Position numbers and translations under genes: made by a program
NCBI GenBank assembly: GCA_051294905.1
Contig: CM119379.1
Location: 25,606,001-25,670,000 of the forward strand
DNA length: 64,000 nucleotides
Direction: 5' to 3'
Source: Botryllus schlosseri
Lineage: Eukaryota
The notes under the pieces: generated by a model
What the model was told of the DNA's origin: nothing
What the model saw: the letters and a program-made list of their open reading frames with translations, nothing else
Databases searched by the model: none
Shown: in pieces, positions 45,647-58,472 of the stretch
Numbering within the stretch: the stretch's first letter is position 1
Layout of the letters: every line of letters starts with the position of its first letter

Positions 45647-45769
45647 TCATAATCTAGCGATGCATTTGTTCCCGTCGTGAAAGCGATATTTTTGAAGATT
45701 GGAGATTCCGTGGAAGTGAACGACGGCCGCTAAAACGACCAGGATGTGAAATATTTGGTGACTCTGAAA
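45647..45769 (-). CDS. ADIPOR1: ADIPOR last exon
   Basis: FQSHQIFHILVVLAAVVHFHGISNLQKYRFHDGNKCIARL*. Confidence 0.96.
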   Translation of the reverse strand, partial: FQSHQIFHILVVLAAVVHFHGISNLQKYRFHDGNKCIARL

Positions 45770-48700
45770 CTGGAAGAAATAACAATTTCGTTGGTTAATT
45801 CCAGTGCAAACTTGAAAACCACACGCCGCGCGGAAGCTTGCGCCATCGCTACCTTGCTCACATGATCAGAAATGGACAATAACAAAGCACTACTTTTCGA
45901 AATACTTCAAGTCGATTTTTCCTACACGCGCTGCTTCCTGAAGTAGTCGTGATTTTCAAGTACTTTTACTTCTACTTGACAGTTCAAGTTTTTAGGCTAA
46001 AGTAGGCTTCAATTTCTACTCGAGTATCAACGGTGAATACTTTGATCGCCTCTGCATAGAACTGATACGTGTATTATGAATGAAAGATCTATAATAGCCT
46101 GTAAAACTGTGACATTTTAGAGATCTTCAATACTTGATTAATATTAGGTATAAACATTTTACAGATTCCTGCACAATACCAGGTAATTCCCTTCGATGCA
46201 ATGTGGTGGTTCTTGACCAGTGTTCAGATGAGTCCCGGGAGTTAGCTGAGCCAGGCTCAGGGTTTGGCGGAGGCCAAGACATCAAAGGTCACAATGATTT
46301 GCAGTGAATGTCCATTATAATCCCGTTTTTTTTTTTAAATCACGTTTCAATGGTGCTGTTTTTTTCACACTGTTGTTGACGAACATTTCATTCTGTGCAC
46401 CCTTACTCTATAGTAATGTATTAATGTGTAACGCGCTGGGTTGTAATGACTCGAGTCACGAGTTTTTGGTGACTTGACTCGAGTCATTTTTTCAAATGCG
46501 CACAATGACTCGACTCGAGTCAATTTGTGTATTGACTTTACTTGTACTCAAGTCAGTCTACATGACCCGAACCAAGTCACAAGACTCGAGACTGGGACGG
46601 CCAAGACAGACATTTCATTGTAGCTCCGAAGAATAGTGAAGTCACCATATTATCGGTATCTCGTCTTACAGTCCTGATACTTGGAAAATCGGGCCAGAAA
46701 CTATTAGGACTGAGGAAAATTACGATAATAGGAATGCGAGCCATTCTATATCACTCGAGCAGAGTTGAAAAACGCGATTTGAACTGGGTTGAACTCAAAA
46801 CTGAACAGTGAACGCAGTGACTTGGACTCGACTCGGTGGTGAACCGAAAATAACTTGACTTGACTTGAGTCAAAACTATAAAAGTGAGATTGACATGTGA
46901 CTCGGAACCTTGCGACTTGGTTACAACCCTGGTAGTGCGGTAGATTTTTGTTTTTGCGACTGGGGGAAAATTGTGGTTGGCTGAATGCTTACAGATCAGG
47001 TTAAGACCCGCTGTTTTAATGCTAAAACACTTCCTGTAACAGTACGGCATGATGACACCAAGCCAGACAGGTCTGCAGTTGTCAATGGTAATGCCACCAG
47101 GAAATGACACGGTGCCAAAATATCGATATCAGAAAGCAACAAAGAACGTTGGACAGCTCGTGTCATGACACACGAAACTACGCCTCCACAGAAATTTAAG
47201 TTCTATAAATATCTTGACGCGGTGACGGCATAAGCATAAATATACAAGTTCAAACCCAAGTTCGTTACATGCACATACAATACAATCGCAGACCAAAGGT
47301 AGCAACAACCCAGGGTAACTGCCATAAAAGAACTTCAATATAGGCTACTAATTCTGTCGCAGACATTGATTGATGGAGACCACAAATTACACATAGCAAC
47401 CATGCATCATACGCCAAGATTGTAGATCATTAACATCCAATACAACAGAGATTTCAAAGCTTATATAACCTTCTCCTATAATCCAACATTGACATAACTT
47501 GCATAGTCATCCAGGTAAGCAAGGTTACCAAAGCCGTATTATGACGCAATTCAATGAGATGAATCATATACAAAAGAGTAATATTGAATATGTCAGAAAT
47601 TTTTCATTCAACTCACCCAGAGATCGCACTTGCCAGGAAGGTATTTTTCAGGAATACGCTGTGCATAGAGGAAAGCACCTTGAAAATAATGAACAAAAAT
47701 ATTAATTCAACACAAGACTTGTAAGGCTAAACATAATAAGTGGGGCGTTTTTTAAATAACGGAGGATTTATACCTAAAAAATCAAAATTTTGACATTTTT
47801 GGACCTTAAACATCAAAATTTTGACCAACTTTGACCTAACGTATGCAAATTAGGTGTTTTCCCACATAATGTTAGAATTGTACTACTTATCTTCATTTCT
47901 GGCTGAAACTGTCTGTCAAAGTAGTTTGACCTGAAAAAAGCTTTTTGCCTCAAAAACTGACAAATTTTTACATGAAAAAACTTAATGTCACCGAAATCTG
48001 GCCCTTTGAAGAATTCCAGTAGTTACATTACGCATTATGGTAGAACTAATCAACACATTTTGTAGTACGTCAAACGATACTTTCCTACATTCCCGGGTAA
48101 AAAGTGTCTGTCCTTACTAGGTAGCTTGCCAAGAATGGAGAAAGAACGTTAACAGCAGCAGTTGTTTGCTGACAACACTGAAGTTGTGCGCACACTGCTG
48201 GTGACACACCGTGTTGCTTCATTCTGGCAATGTTGTCTACATCACTATTTTCCATCATGCGCTTCTTGATATAGGAACCATGCAATGCCCACGCAGTCTT
48301 GCTTCAGTTGGGATATTGCGGCACGTCGAGCATAACACCATGTCAAATTACTTGTTTCATTTGAATGTTTATTATTCACAATGAGAAGACAATGGGACGT
48401 CTATAAAGTAGGCTACAAGCAGTAAAATGCCAAATGATAAGTTCACCGACTGTGCAAAATCTGCGATACAAACGAAATGCAGGTTGCAAAAAAGTTTTAC
48501 CTTTGTAAAAAATTTTGACATTTTTTGAACCCAACGCCACAATTTTGACATTGCAAAAAAAATCGCCCTAATAATAAGCAGCCTGATGAATATAAACCTG
48601 ACTATGTAACGCGCACATACTCATAGCATGATAGAGAATTGCTGAGAATGACATCAGCAGACTAAACTTGGGCTACTGTGCGATAGAACAAAGTACAATG

Positions 48701-51700
48701 TCTAACAGTGAGGTACTGCAAGTCACTTTCACAGCATATTACGAAATCAAAGCTCACAAAATATCTACGGATCAGTCATATAAAAGTTTTACTACAAATA
48801 ATTTTCTTTATCAATAATAGGATTTATCCATGATTGGAGTATAATAAGTTTCATATTCAAATCTTAAATTAGATTATAATTAAATTTAGACCATAGAAAC
48901 ATTCAAAACATCTACATAGACGACTAAAATAGTCTATCTCCAAGTCTGACCGGGGGCTGTTCTCACCTAAAAGATACAAAAACGCCATTAGTCCAAGCCA
49001 ACCAATTTGGCCAATGTACACTGCATCCACAAATCCCATCCTTATCATTGTGTGAACGCACGGAACTATTCCGCTCAGTCCGAGGGCAGCGAATACAGCT
49101 GCGAAAGTAATCGAGGATTAACAAAAATTGTAATAATCGACGAATCCTTGAGGAAAACTATCAATTGCTCAATTCATCAAAGAATATTGTGCAACATGCA
49201 TGCTGCAGTCAGGGCTAATCGTCAGCAATTAGTAGAGAATTGAAAACAACATTGCGATACCGAAACGATTGTTGATATACAATGTTATTTTGATTTCTCT
49301 ACTAGTTGCTGACGATTACCCCTGATGAAGGTCAGCCGAAATTATTCGGGTTTATTTCACTATGAAAATACCGGTATTATACAATATGTATGCTAAGACT
49401 TGTCTGTGAGCGGTATGTCCTTGGGAAAGATATGTTATCAAAAGGATCGTGTCAATATAACTGAAACATGCAAGGCTGTTAGCTTTTCCAACATGACAAA
49501 TACTTTAATGTGAGCTGTCCTCCAACATATCAATTCATTATGACGTTAAACAGGGTGAGGGACGAAGAAATTAAATTTTGTTGATCAAAACTGAAATCAG
49601 CCGATTTCGCTATTTTTGCTGAAAAATTTGGTGGGTTGACTAAAAAAAAGGTCGCCGCTTTCGATCGAGCCACGAATTTCCCATTTAGCGTCATTTATGC
49701 CCATTTTCACTCGAATCTATCCATTATCTTAACTCTAAAAGCTGTAAAGGAGGACGAATTGCCAAAAAGGCGGACATTTACGCGTCCTCGTAGGACATTT
49801 TCAAAAACCTGTAGGAGTACAAACCACCTGAAGGAAGCCGTATGGTAATTGGTAACCCAATGAAACGACCAATCGAGGTTTCAAGACGGCCACGGCAAAA
49901 AATAGTACCAACACTATCATTTTTGTGGACAAATCCATCCCAAGTAGCATAATTTCAGTTTTACAGTAGTGACCATATGATAGCGTAGTGACCATTTCCT
50001 GATCTGATTTCTGAACACAGACAGTATCTTTGAATATTTCAGCAGAACAGTGCACGCACATGAAGCAATAAAATATTGATCAGCACAGCTGAAAACTACT
50101 GGAATTCCTAATTTGGTCACGGAAAATTGAGACGTAAGAAAAACAATATTTACTCACTGGCTCGCACTTTACGGAATCTCGCCGTGCTAAAACTGTCCCA
50201 TTGTGACAGAATAATACAAATAACACCCAAAGTGCAAACGGAGCTCATATAAACAATCTGAAATAGGAAAACAACTCGTGAATGCGGAAATAGAACATTT
50301 GAAACGGACTCACAAACCTTGGGTTTTGTATCGCAGTAAAACGAATAATATATCCAAGGCACAAAAGATCCCATGATCATCAGAGCTATACCAGAATAGT
50401 CTAATCTGAACGGAAGACATTCAGGTTACCAAGGATAAAACAAGAAAGCCAAAACAGGCTATTGTACTATCAGGGTGATGATTACGATATCATGTTTAGG
50501 ATAGAGTGGCCACGCCAGTATGGCAACTTATGCAACACTACATTATTCAGACTATTGAGTGTTATGATTGAGTGGAAAATTGATGACTAGGTAAAATCTT
50601 TTGTGCCTACCATCAATAGAACACAGGACAATTTTGGCCCCTGAAAAAAGACGAGACATAGGCTATTGCGATATTTCCGATGAATTATTCAAATTCAAAT
50701 TTCAATTAATGGAATATATTACTCCTACACATGGTAGACAGCTGAGGTTTTATATAAAATTGTCTTTATAATATGTAGCAATACGAGTAGCTATAATTCT
50801 AATTCTAATCTAATTTGGAAAGCTGAAAATTTTCTAGTTGCCCCGTGCAAGTCTGCTCCTGACGAATGTCAGTCGAAAATATTGAGTTATATCTCAATAT
50901 GAATATATTATTCCACAGTATCTGTCAATAATATCTCTCATGGAAACAAACTTCATACTTTCCAAATATTCTGTAAACTCTTTCGCTGTGACAGCCGACG
51001 GTGTGGAAAAGTGTCGAGAAGCACAGGCACAGGATGGCTCCGATAAAAAATATGGTGAACACTGTTTTCTCCTGCCATTCGGCCACAAAATTACTGCTGT
51101 CCAGGCATTGGAAGTAGACCAATATCCCGCAGAACATGATGAACCCTGCAAAACGCAACGAGAACACTCTCAGAATGCCTCAAAACAATCGATTAATGTT
51201 AGGGTAATAAATTACAATGTAAGGACTACGAATTAGGGTGGAGTGAAAAATGGAAAATTTTGAATTTCAAAACGGACACTTGATATATGTGGTGCCAAAT
51301 TTCAAAAAAATAATTTCTATAATAATTTTGGGCTCGTGCACCCTCTAGTGGTCGTGCAATTTCACCGAACGAGCCAAAAATAGGTAATTTCGCCATATAT
51401 GGATGACCGCTTATGCTAGAAAGCTGATTTTGGGCTTAAAAGATGCGGAAGCAACAAGTTTCTATCTCACTTCCACAGAACTTTGTCTTAAAAATGAACA
51501 GAAAAAATGTTACAAGCAAATTATTGATTTTTGGCTGTTTTTAGGTACAATTAGGGAGGGACTAAAGCAGTGGATACGATGCCAAAAGTGTGTAGTGATT
51601 GATCCTATGACTGACAACTCCATAATGAAAGCACATAAATTGCAAATCCATATTGATAACTCAAAAACATCAATTCTATATTGAAAAAAGATAGATTTCG

Positions 51701-53307
51701 AAGATCGTTTCACAACCATAGTATCAGTCTGCACAAACTTTAAAGTCTTGTTTCGTATTAAAGAATCTCATATGCTTTCGAGAGTTCAGATTTTGTCTGA
51801 GGAGGCTCATCTCTACGTTTAAATCGCGACACATGGGCAGATGCTTCGGTCACCATTTTAACGTCTCTTTCCACGGCCTGGTTGTGTCAAGGATGATTGA
51901 GCCTTAATGGTGATCACCTTAGATTTTCCAGCTCAAGTTTTTGATTGCTGGTGGCTGTTCCACATCTTTTAGATTCAATTCGACAATTTAGTAGCATGAC
52001 TCGGCCTTGATGTTTATAATTGGGACTTTAAACAATCTGATTCTAGTGCCAACGTTGTTTTTAGGTTTCGGTTTATTATCATATCCTCCTTCAAAGTCTC
52101 CAATTGGAGTCTGGTATTCTATTTGATCTGCTCATAGTTGTAATCTTGTTAACTCTGGTAGTGAAACCATCTTCGAAATCTATCTTTATTCAATATAGAA
52201 TTGATGTTTTTAAGTTTTCAATATGGATTTGCAATTTATGTGCTTTCAATATGGAGTTGACGGTCATAAGATCAATCACTACACGCTTTTGACCTTGTAC
52301 CCACTGCTTCAGTGTCTCATTTTCCCGAAAAACAGTCTAAAAATCAATAATTTGCTTGTAACTTCTTTTCTGTTCATTTTAAAGACAAAGTTCAATGGAG
52401 GGGAGATATAAACTTGTTGCTTCCGCATCTTTTAGCCCAAAATCAGCTTTCTAGCGTAAGCGGTCATCCATATATAGCGAAATTGGCTATTTTTGGCACG
52501 TTCGGTGAAATTGCACGACCACTAGAGGGTGCACGAGCACAAAATTATTATAGAAATTATTTTTTTGAAATTTGGCACCACATATCAAGTGTACGTTTTG
52601 AAATTCAAAATTTTCCATTTTTCACTCCACCCTACTACGAATATCTAACAAGGAACGAATTAAGATGATAAACAGATCAATCTTTGTTAATAAGTCGGAC
52701 TGAGCTGAGGTGGTCAAAGTATTCATTATTGGTAATCAAGTACAGAAGTAACATCGCAAATTTATACTCAAGTAGAAGTAGAAATAGCTGTCAAGTAGAA
52801 GTAGTAGTCTAAATCACTTGAGGAAGCATTGCAAGTAGTTTAACTCTACTTGAAGTAGAATTACTTTGTTACTGACCCCTCTGGGAGTAAGACGGAAGAC
52901 AAGGAATGCATGAAATTATTTTGATGCTATATTTTGATTTACGGTATTACAAATTGCACATTGCACATTTATGTGCAATGTAATCGCATGCAATCAAATA
53001 TCACAGATATTTTCACACCGTTTGCAGGAAAATCTACAGGACTTTTCCTGAGCAGATTGTGCATTGTACGGACATTATTATACATATAATATGGCATTTA
53101 AGGGCTCATAATAATCAATAGGACGCTTGTTCCTTCGATTTCCAGCTTGAAAATTTTATTCATTATCAATTTAATTCATTTTATTAGCTAGGCTACTTAG
53201 TCGTTCAGTTACTTCTGTATACATATGGGGATCTCCCTTCTATTGTTGCTGGCTGTTTTGAGAAGTCCTGGCGTTACAAGCTCTGTTACCAGGCAGATAG
53301 GGTTACA

Positions 53308-53341
<34 letters not shown>

Positions 53342-56300
53342 ATATTCACAATACTTTAATAGTGAAAGAAAGCTTAACATTAACAAAATTTTTTGAAAAT
53401 GCATTTCTGTACTCTCGAGTTTGAATGAATTATAAATCTATTTACAATCACTTCGTGATGATTATTTTTCTAGATCCTGAACACCAACAGCTATCAAGTC
53501 AAAATATTGTGAATATTCGGATCGATTAGTTAATTCGGTTTCAAAATATTTGAAAATCATAACAGAACAACTATTCCCAGACATCACCAAAACCGTTAGG
53601 CTATAGTACTAATCTAGTTTGCTGGTTCAAATCAACTGTCAGTAAGATTGGAAGTGAAACTATATAAACAATGGGAAGTGAAACTGCACAAACTATTGAA
53701 AGTGAAAGTAAGTAAGCTGGTTTGGAGAGGTTTGGAAAATTTTATTCCAACAGCTATATCTATCATTCCCTTTCAATTTCAGATAAATCAATCATCGTAA
53801 AATCCACAAAATATGCGCTGCAGGGGTAATACTGGCGTTCAGACCAGAGAGAAAAGATGCAAGGTTGGCAATGGGGATGGTGTAAACAAAATAATTTGTC
53901 AAACTGTAACTATATTTGTAGATCAGGCCTTGAAAAAATCATTTGACTACGCTAGCTTAAGTTCAATAGTATCCAGGGTCAGATCATGTCAGGTGGTCCA
54001 GAAAAATTTCAACTTATGCCCCCACCATCTCAGATTATCATGGAAATTGGTATGCTTAGAAAACTTTTCTTTCTGATTTCAGAAAAACAAATTTTATGAA
54101 AATCGGTCAAGTAAAACTGAAGATGTGGCCGTTCAAAAATTGCTGTTTTTGTGATCGCTCAAGCGGAAAAAATGTCATGAATTTACACATGTTATTGAAA
54201 TCTGCTATATTTTGGTCAAATTAGGGCTGTTGAGGGTGACACTTTCACACTTGTTCATTTACATCCTACTTGATACTTTGCCCCCTTCTTTGACACCTGG
54301 GGCTGCATAGTCTGACCTTTAACCCCATGATTCTGTTCGCGTCTTCGAAAATCGCTCACGCGTGACGTCATTTTTAATTGCAAATTTCTTTTGACCAAGA
54401 GGTGGTGTCATCAAGTGTAAGGTGTCATTGGAAAGCTCCTGATAAGGACTTTCAGAATCAACTATAACATTCCTCGCTATAGAATCATTACATACCATAA
54501 GAGTGTCATGAAACTAACCTGCAAATAACATGTTTTAATTGAAGATCTCACCTTTCTCAACATGACACAAACTCTGTAAAACAACTAATTTTACTTTTAT
54601 TCTATATACAGTACCTATTGTACTACACACAAGGTAGTCAGTATAACTCAGAACAGATAATTGCCGACATAAATTATGCTGGAAATAATTTTTGGAAATT
54701 GAAGAAAAATTTGCTACACAGTTTGAGGTGAACACACAGTACTTCAAAAATGAATCAGAATTCACAACTAACGCAATGATAAGATGCAATATTTTATGTA
54801 TTCTACACAATACATTTGGGCAACGATCAGCACTAAACAATGAAATGGACAATAACAACGAAAATCAATGTCAGCGGGTTGGTAGATTTCATTTTATGGT
54901 GAGATATCAACTATGCACTTGCACATATCAGATATATATATTTATCTTTGATGATATGTCTTCCAAACTTCTTTGACTTTCAGTGTTGTTTATACACACT
55001 CTTTTTGATGCTAACTCGGTCTTCCAACGCCGGCATCATCCTATTGTTTTTGCTGTTTCAAAAAAACTTCACAACTTTTTCAATTTTTTTATCTGAAAGC
55101 ATCTTCCATTTTTGTGGTGGTGGCAAAGAATAACTCCAGTGTCTTGTTCTTGCTGTTTCGCATCTCTCAACAACCTTCCACTTACTCCAAAAATTTCCGA
55201 GATTTTCATTCTTGACCAATTGTTAAAATTTGAATTTTTTGAGGTCTTGTTGAATTAGGGCTATTGTTTTTTTCTTATATTTTTGATACGATATTTCAAA
55301 AGCAACTTCATTTTCATATTCGTCTTTTCCCGTCCCTACAAATTCTTGAATCTCATCAACATGTAAAACCTTGGCAAGCTTTGTTTCAACATCGAGATTC
55401 AATTCTTGCATTTTTCTTTTTCCGTATCTAATTTTTCGATTTCCATAAAGAGAATGCAGCTTTACTGGCGATTCACCAACAGCATGAAGACTCTGATATG
55501 TGCATTGTTAATATCTCACCATAACATGAAGACTACAATGCATGAGATATTGCATCTTATCATTGCGATAGTTGTGAATTCTGATTAATTTTTGAAGTAT
55601 TGTGTGTTCACCTCAAACTGTGTACCGTAGCAAATTTTCTCCATTATTTTAAAAATATCTCCCAAAATTATTTCCAGCATAATTTATGTCAGCAATTATC
55701 TGTTCTGAGTTATACTGACTACCTTGTGTATAGTACAATAGGTACTGTATATAGAATAAAAGTAAAATTAGTTGTTTTGCAGAGTTTGTGTCGTGGTAAG
55801 AAAGGTGAGATTTTCAATTGAAACATGTTATTTGCAGGTTACTTTCATGGCACTCTTATGATATGTAATGATTCTATAGCGAGGAATGTTATAGTTGATT
55901 CTGAAAGTCCTTATCAGGAGCTTTCCAATGACACCTTACACTTGATGACACCACCTCTTGGTCAAAAGAAATTTGCAATTAAAAATGACGTCACGCGTGA
56001 GCGGTTTTCGAAGACATGCGCAGAATCAAAGAGTTAAAGGTCAGACTATGCAACCCCAGGAGTCAAAGTAGGGGGCAAAGTATCTAGTAGGATGTAAATG
56101 AACAATTGTGAAAGTGTCATCCTCAACAACCCTAATTTGATCGAATTATGGCAAATTTAAGTTACATGTTTATATTTCTGACAATTTTTCCGCCTGAGCG
56201 ATCACAAAAATGGCAATTTTTGGACGGTCATAACTTCGGATTTAGTTGACCTTTTTTGTTGAAATTTGGATTTCTGAAATCAGAAAACAAAGCTCTGTAA

Positions 56301-58472
56301 GCATGCCAATTTTCATGATGTTTCGAGATAGTTGGGATATGGCCTGGACCAAGTGATATGATATTACCCTCCAATCGTAGAAATACTACATCAGCAAATA
56401 TACCAACATGTTGCTAGTTGTAGCAACTTGTATTGAACAGATACCAGTAGTCTAATTTTAGTTATGGAACATTTCATGGCTTTAATATGCTACAATATCG
56501 TATCATGTAAAATTGTGATGCGATAAATCATCTCAAAACTAAACCGAGTGATTTGAAGAGGAAACCTTTTAGCTTTACTCAAGTACAGACGCACACTGTT
56601 TACCCAAAGGTTAATTATTAACCAGCTTGTCCTAAAACCAGTGAAGCTCACAGACTGATAGTCATTAAAAGCAAAATTTACGAGGCATTCTTCATGTCAT
56701 TAGCCGGCATTAAATCACTGCAAAGCATTATACGGATGATTTCACGGGCATGCATGCACAGCTAAATCATCCACAAACCTATTAAGTGGGTCCAAATATT
56801 TCCTGTTTCAGTATGAAGCCGAAATATTGATCCGAAGCAGGCTCTGAAAGAAGGCATCTGCGGCCTATGCCAGTGGTGTAAAAACTCATTATCTTTCATC
56901 CACTCGGGGAGTTGAAAGAAGGAGACGACACGCCATCTGAAACATATCAAAGCCCATCATTACTGATTAAGGCATATGAATCATTCATGCAAAATTATGG
57001 ACTTTTTAAACGAACTTTAATGAACGAATGGGTTTTAACACAAAGCGTATCATTATATACAGCCCGTAAAGAGGAACATAATGATCATTGATCATGGCAG
57101 GCAAAAGAGCAAATACATCAAGTCTCATTACATAATGATTTCACAATAGAACTAGGGCTGAGTAGAGAGATACAATTTTAACAGGAACTAAAACTACACG
57201 CTCCTTTCTACTAAGACTTGCTTGTATGTTAGCAAAGAGATGAATATTGATCCTTCTTTTTCCAAACCTAAACTGTTCGCATCACAGCATTCAAAACATG
57301 TAGTACAGCACTGTAGAAATGAAATTTCCATGTAGTCGCGAGTGATCAACCCACACCATTGTCACATATAGAATGAAATAGTACATTATGTTTGAATCTT
57401 GTTCGAAATTTCATGCCGGTGACGTCATATTTTGTGATACGATTGTTGATATACAATGTTCTTTCCAATCATCTACTAGTTGCTGACGATTACCCCTGAC
57501 GAGTGTCAGCCGAAAATATTCGGGATCATTTCAATACGAATACCCTATTCAATTAAGCTTATGCTCTCTCTTCGCACCGATTATTCGAAATTTCAAGCCG
57601 GGGACGTCATATTTTGTGATACGATTGTTGATATACAATGTTCTTTTCAATTGTCACCTAGTTGCTGACGATTACCCCTGACGAGTGTCAGTCGAGAATA
57701 TTCGGGTTCATCTCAATATCAATACACTCTTCAATTGTATATTGAAGTTCTGTATTGCCATAAAGCTCTTGAAATTAGTATGGTCGTAAAACTATAAAAT
57801 TATCTTCGTGTGTCGTAGAATTGGCATTATTTTCTTTGTTGTAGTTTCAAAAGTACAAATTTGAACTTCCACATTATTGATAATGTATTGAAATCATAAT
57901 GAGTGATACTAGGGCCTAGTTTATACTGACTTGAAAATATTTCAATTTCAAAAAAGGCTTCCACAGGGGAAAATGGTACCAAAACTATCATTCTCGTTGA
58001 TAAATTAACACATAGTGGCAAGGAGTGTCTAATTTCAGTACCTGGTACTCAAAAAATCATGTTTCACTACTCGACATACATCATTAGAATTAATGCTCCA
58101 TTCAGATTCAAGTGCTAGTCCTAATACTCGGTTAATTTAATACCAGGCTGTGGTGTGTTCCAATTGTTGTATTATGTTATAGTAAAATTAGACTGTTTAC
58201 AATGCAATGGAATATGTCATGAAGAGCCTTAGGCTAAATGCCCAAGGTTGTGAGAGGACAATGCATAGCAATGATAAGAGAAGAACTGCAGAGGGCAGAG
58301 CACATAGTATTTGTTGTCTACTATATGATGTGATATTCGAATAACACAAACCCTGTTACCTGCCGTCCCAGACCTTATGGGCGATTCTGTCCACAGTATC
58401 CAACGCATCATGGAAATGATCTCTGGGCTGTCGTCTTGAAGTTACTGAGGCAGGCGTTTCATCTTCAACCAT
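45647..58472 (-). CDS. ADIPOR1: Adiponectin receptor (PAQR/HlyIII family, 7TM) gene span, 8 exons, 320 aa
   Basis: Join (minus): 58360-58472,56779-56936,50959-51145,50318-50405,50158-50257,48967-49098,47617-47678,45647-45769 = 963 nt. Motifs KVWDGRWRV, HRPQMPSFRACFGSIFRLHTETGNIWTHLIG, STLFHTVGCHS, LDYSGIALMIMGSFVPWIYYSFYC, RIPEKYLPGKCDLW, FQSHQIFH. Zinc-binding His residues intact. ADIPOR1 vs 2 cannot be resolved. Confidence 0.96.
46436..46931. mobile_element. MITE family B copy in the last ADIPOR intron
   Basis: TSD GTAACGCG/GTAGTGCG (6/8). Fragments of the family also lie at ~706-900, 2483-2672, 2766-2840, 13140-13271, 27585-27650, 28385-28715, 35745-35800. Confidence 0.88.
47617..47678 (-). 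CDS. ADIPOR1: ADIPOR exon 7
   Basis: GAFLYAQRIPEKYLPGKCDLW; TGG|GTGAGT. Confidence 0.95.
48967..49098 (-). CDS. ADIPOR1: ADIPOR exon 6
   Basis: VFAALGLSGIVPCVH...IGQIGWLGLMAFLYLL. Confidence 0.95.
49200..49365. repeat. Foldback dispersed repeat family C (ctgacactcgtcagggg.aatcgtcagcaactagtagag)
   Basis: Forward arm, short spacer, reverse arm. Other copies at ~1-165, 6745-6858, 10645-10860, 29351-29460, 34801-34950, 45275-45445, 50850-50900, 57426-57770. Confidence 0.8.
50158..50257 (-). CDS. ADIPOR1: ADIPOR exon 5
   Basis: IVYMSSVCTLGVICIILSQWDSFSTARFRKVRA; follows a 60-nt intron. Confidence 0.94.
50318..50405 (-). CDS. ADIPOR1: ADIPOR exon 4
   Basis: LDYSGIALMIMGSFVPWIYYSFYCDTKPK. Confidence 0.95.
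50959..51145 (-). CDS. ADIPOR1: ADIPOR exon 3
   Basis: GFIMFCGIL...QEKTVFTIFFIGAILCLCFSTLFHTVGCHSERVYRIFG. Confidence 0.95.
51234..52634. mobile_element. Non-autonomous hAT-type element (hATm-like) with ~500-bp TIRs
   Basis: Termini TAGGGTGGAGTGAAAAATGG...CCATTTTTCACTCCACCCTA; perfect 8-bp TSD CTACGAAT (51226-51233, 52635-52642). Confidence 0.92.
51712..52100 (-). pseudogene. Decayed C-terminal transposase fragment in the centre of the hAT element
   Basis: Across stops and frameshifts: RIRLFKVPIINIKAESCY*...EQPPAIKNLS...HP*HNQAVERDVKMVTEAS...RRD...LRQNLNSRKHMRFFNTKQDF. This is the PCH.QAVER..K.VTEAS...RD...SR..M..F.TK.DF tail I recall from hATm-type transposases. Confidence 0.8.
53312..53338. 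repeat. (TA)n microsatellite
   Basis: About 13 TA units. Confidence 0.95.
53974..56371. mobile_element. Long-TIR (~850 bp arms) defective DNA transposon, superfamily uncertain
   Basis: 53974-~54800 is the reverse complement of ~55540-56371 (ends CAGGGTCAGATCATGTCAGGTGGTCCAG vs revcomp GAGGGTAATATCATATCACTTGGTCCAG); no clean TSD. Confidence 0.85.
54980..55440 (-). pseudogene. Frameshifted N-terminal transposase-like fragment
   Basis: RKIRYGKRKMQEL...; RPQKIQILTI; WSRMKISEIFGVSGRLLRDAKQ; KVVKFF*NSKNNRMMPALEDRVSIKKSVYKQ. Resembles the WS..KI...FGVS / SR.MPG.KD.VS..KQK motifs of large cut-and-paste transposases (Sola2-like is my guess). Confidence 0.65.
56779..56936 (-). CDS. ADIPOR1: ADIPOR exon 2
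   Basis: WRVVSFFQLPEWMKDNEFLHHWHRPQMPSFRACFGSIFRLHTETGNIWTHLI. Confidence 0.97.
58360..58472 (-). CDS. ADIPOR1: ADIPOR first recognisable coding exon
   Basis: MVEDETPASVTSRRQPRDHFHDALDTVDRIAHKVWDG; AG|GTAACA. The start ATG is uncertain and upstream exons are possible. Confidence 0.85.

Noticed and set aside
48085-48285. 66-aa minus-strand ORF in an ADIPOR intron
   Set aside because: Not needed for ADIPOR, no recognisable motif, no good flanking splice sites
51403-52668. ORFs in the arms of the long-TIR elements (also 54535-56037)
   Set aside because: They occur as mirrored, differently broken copies in both TIRs and are non-coding
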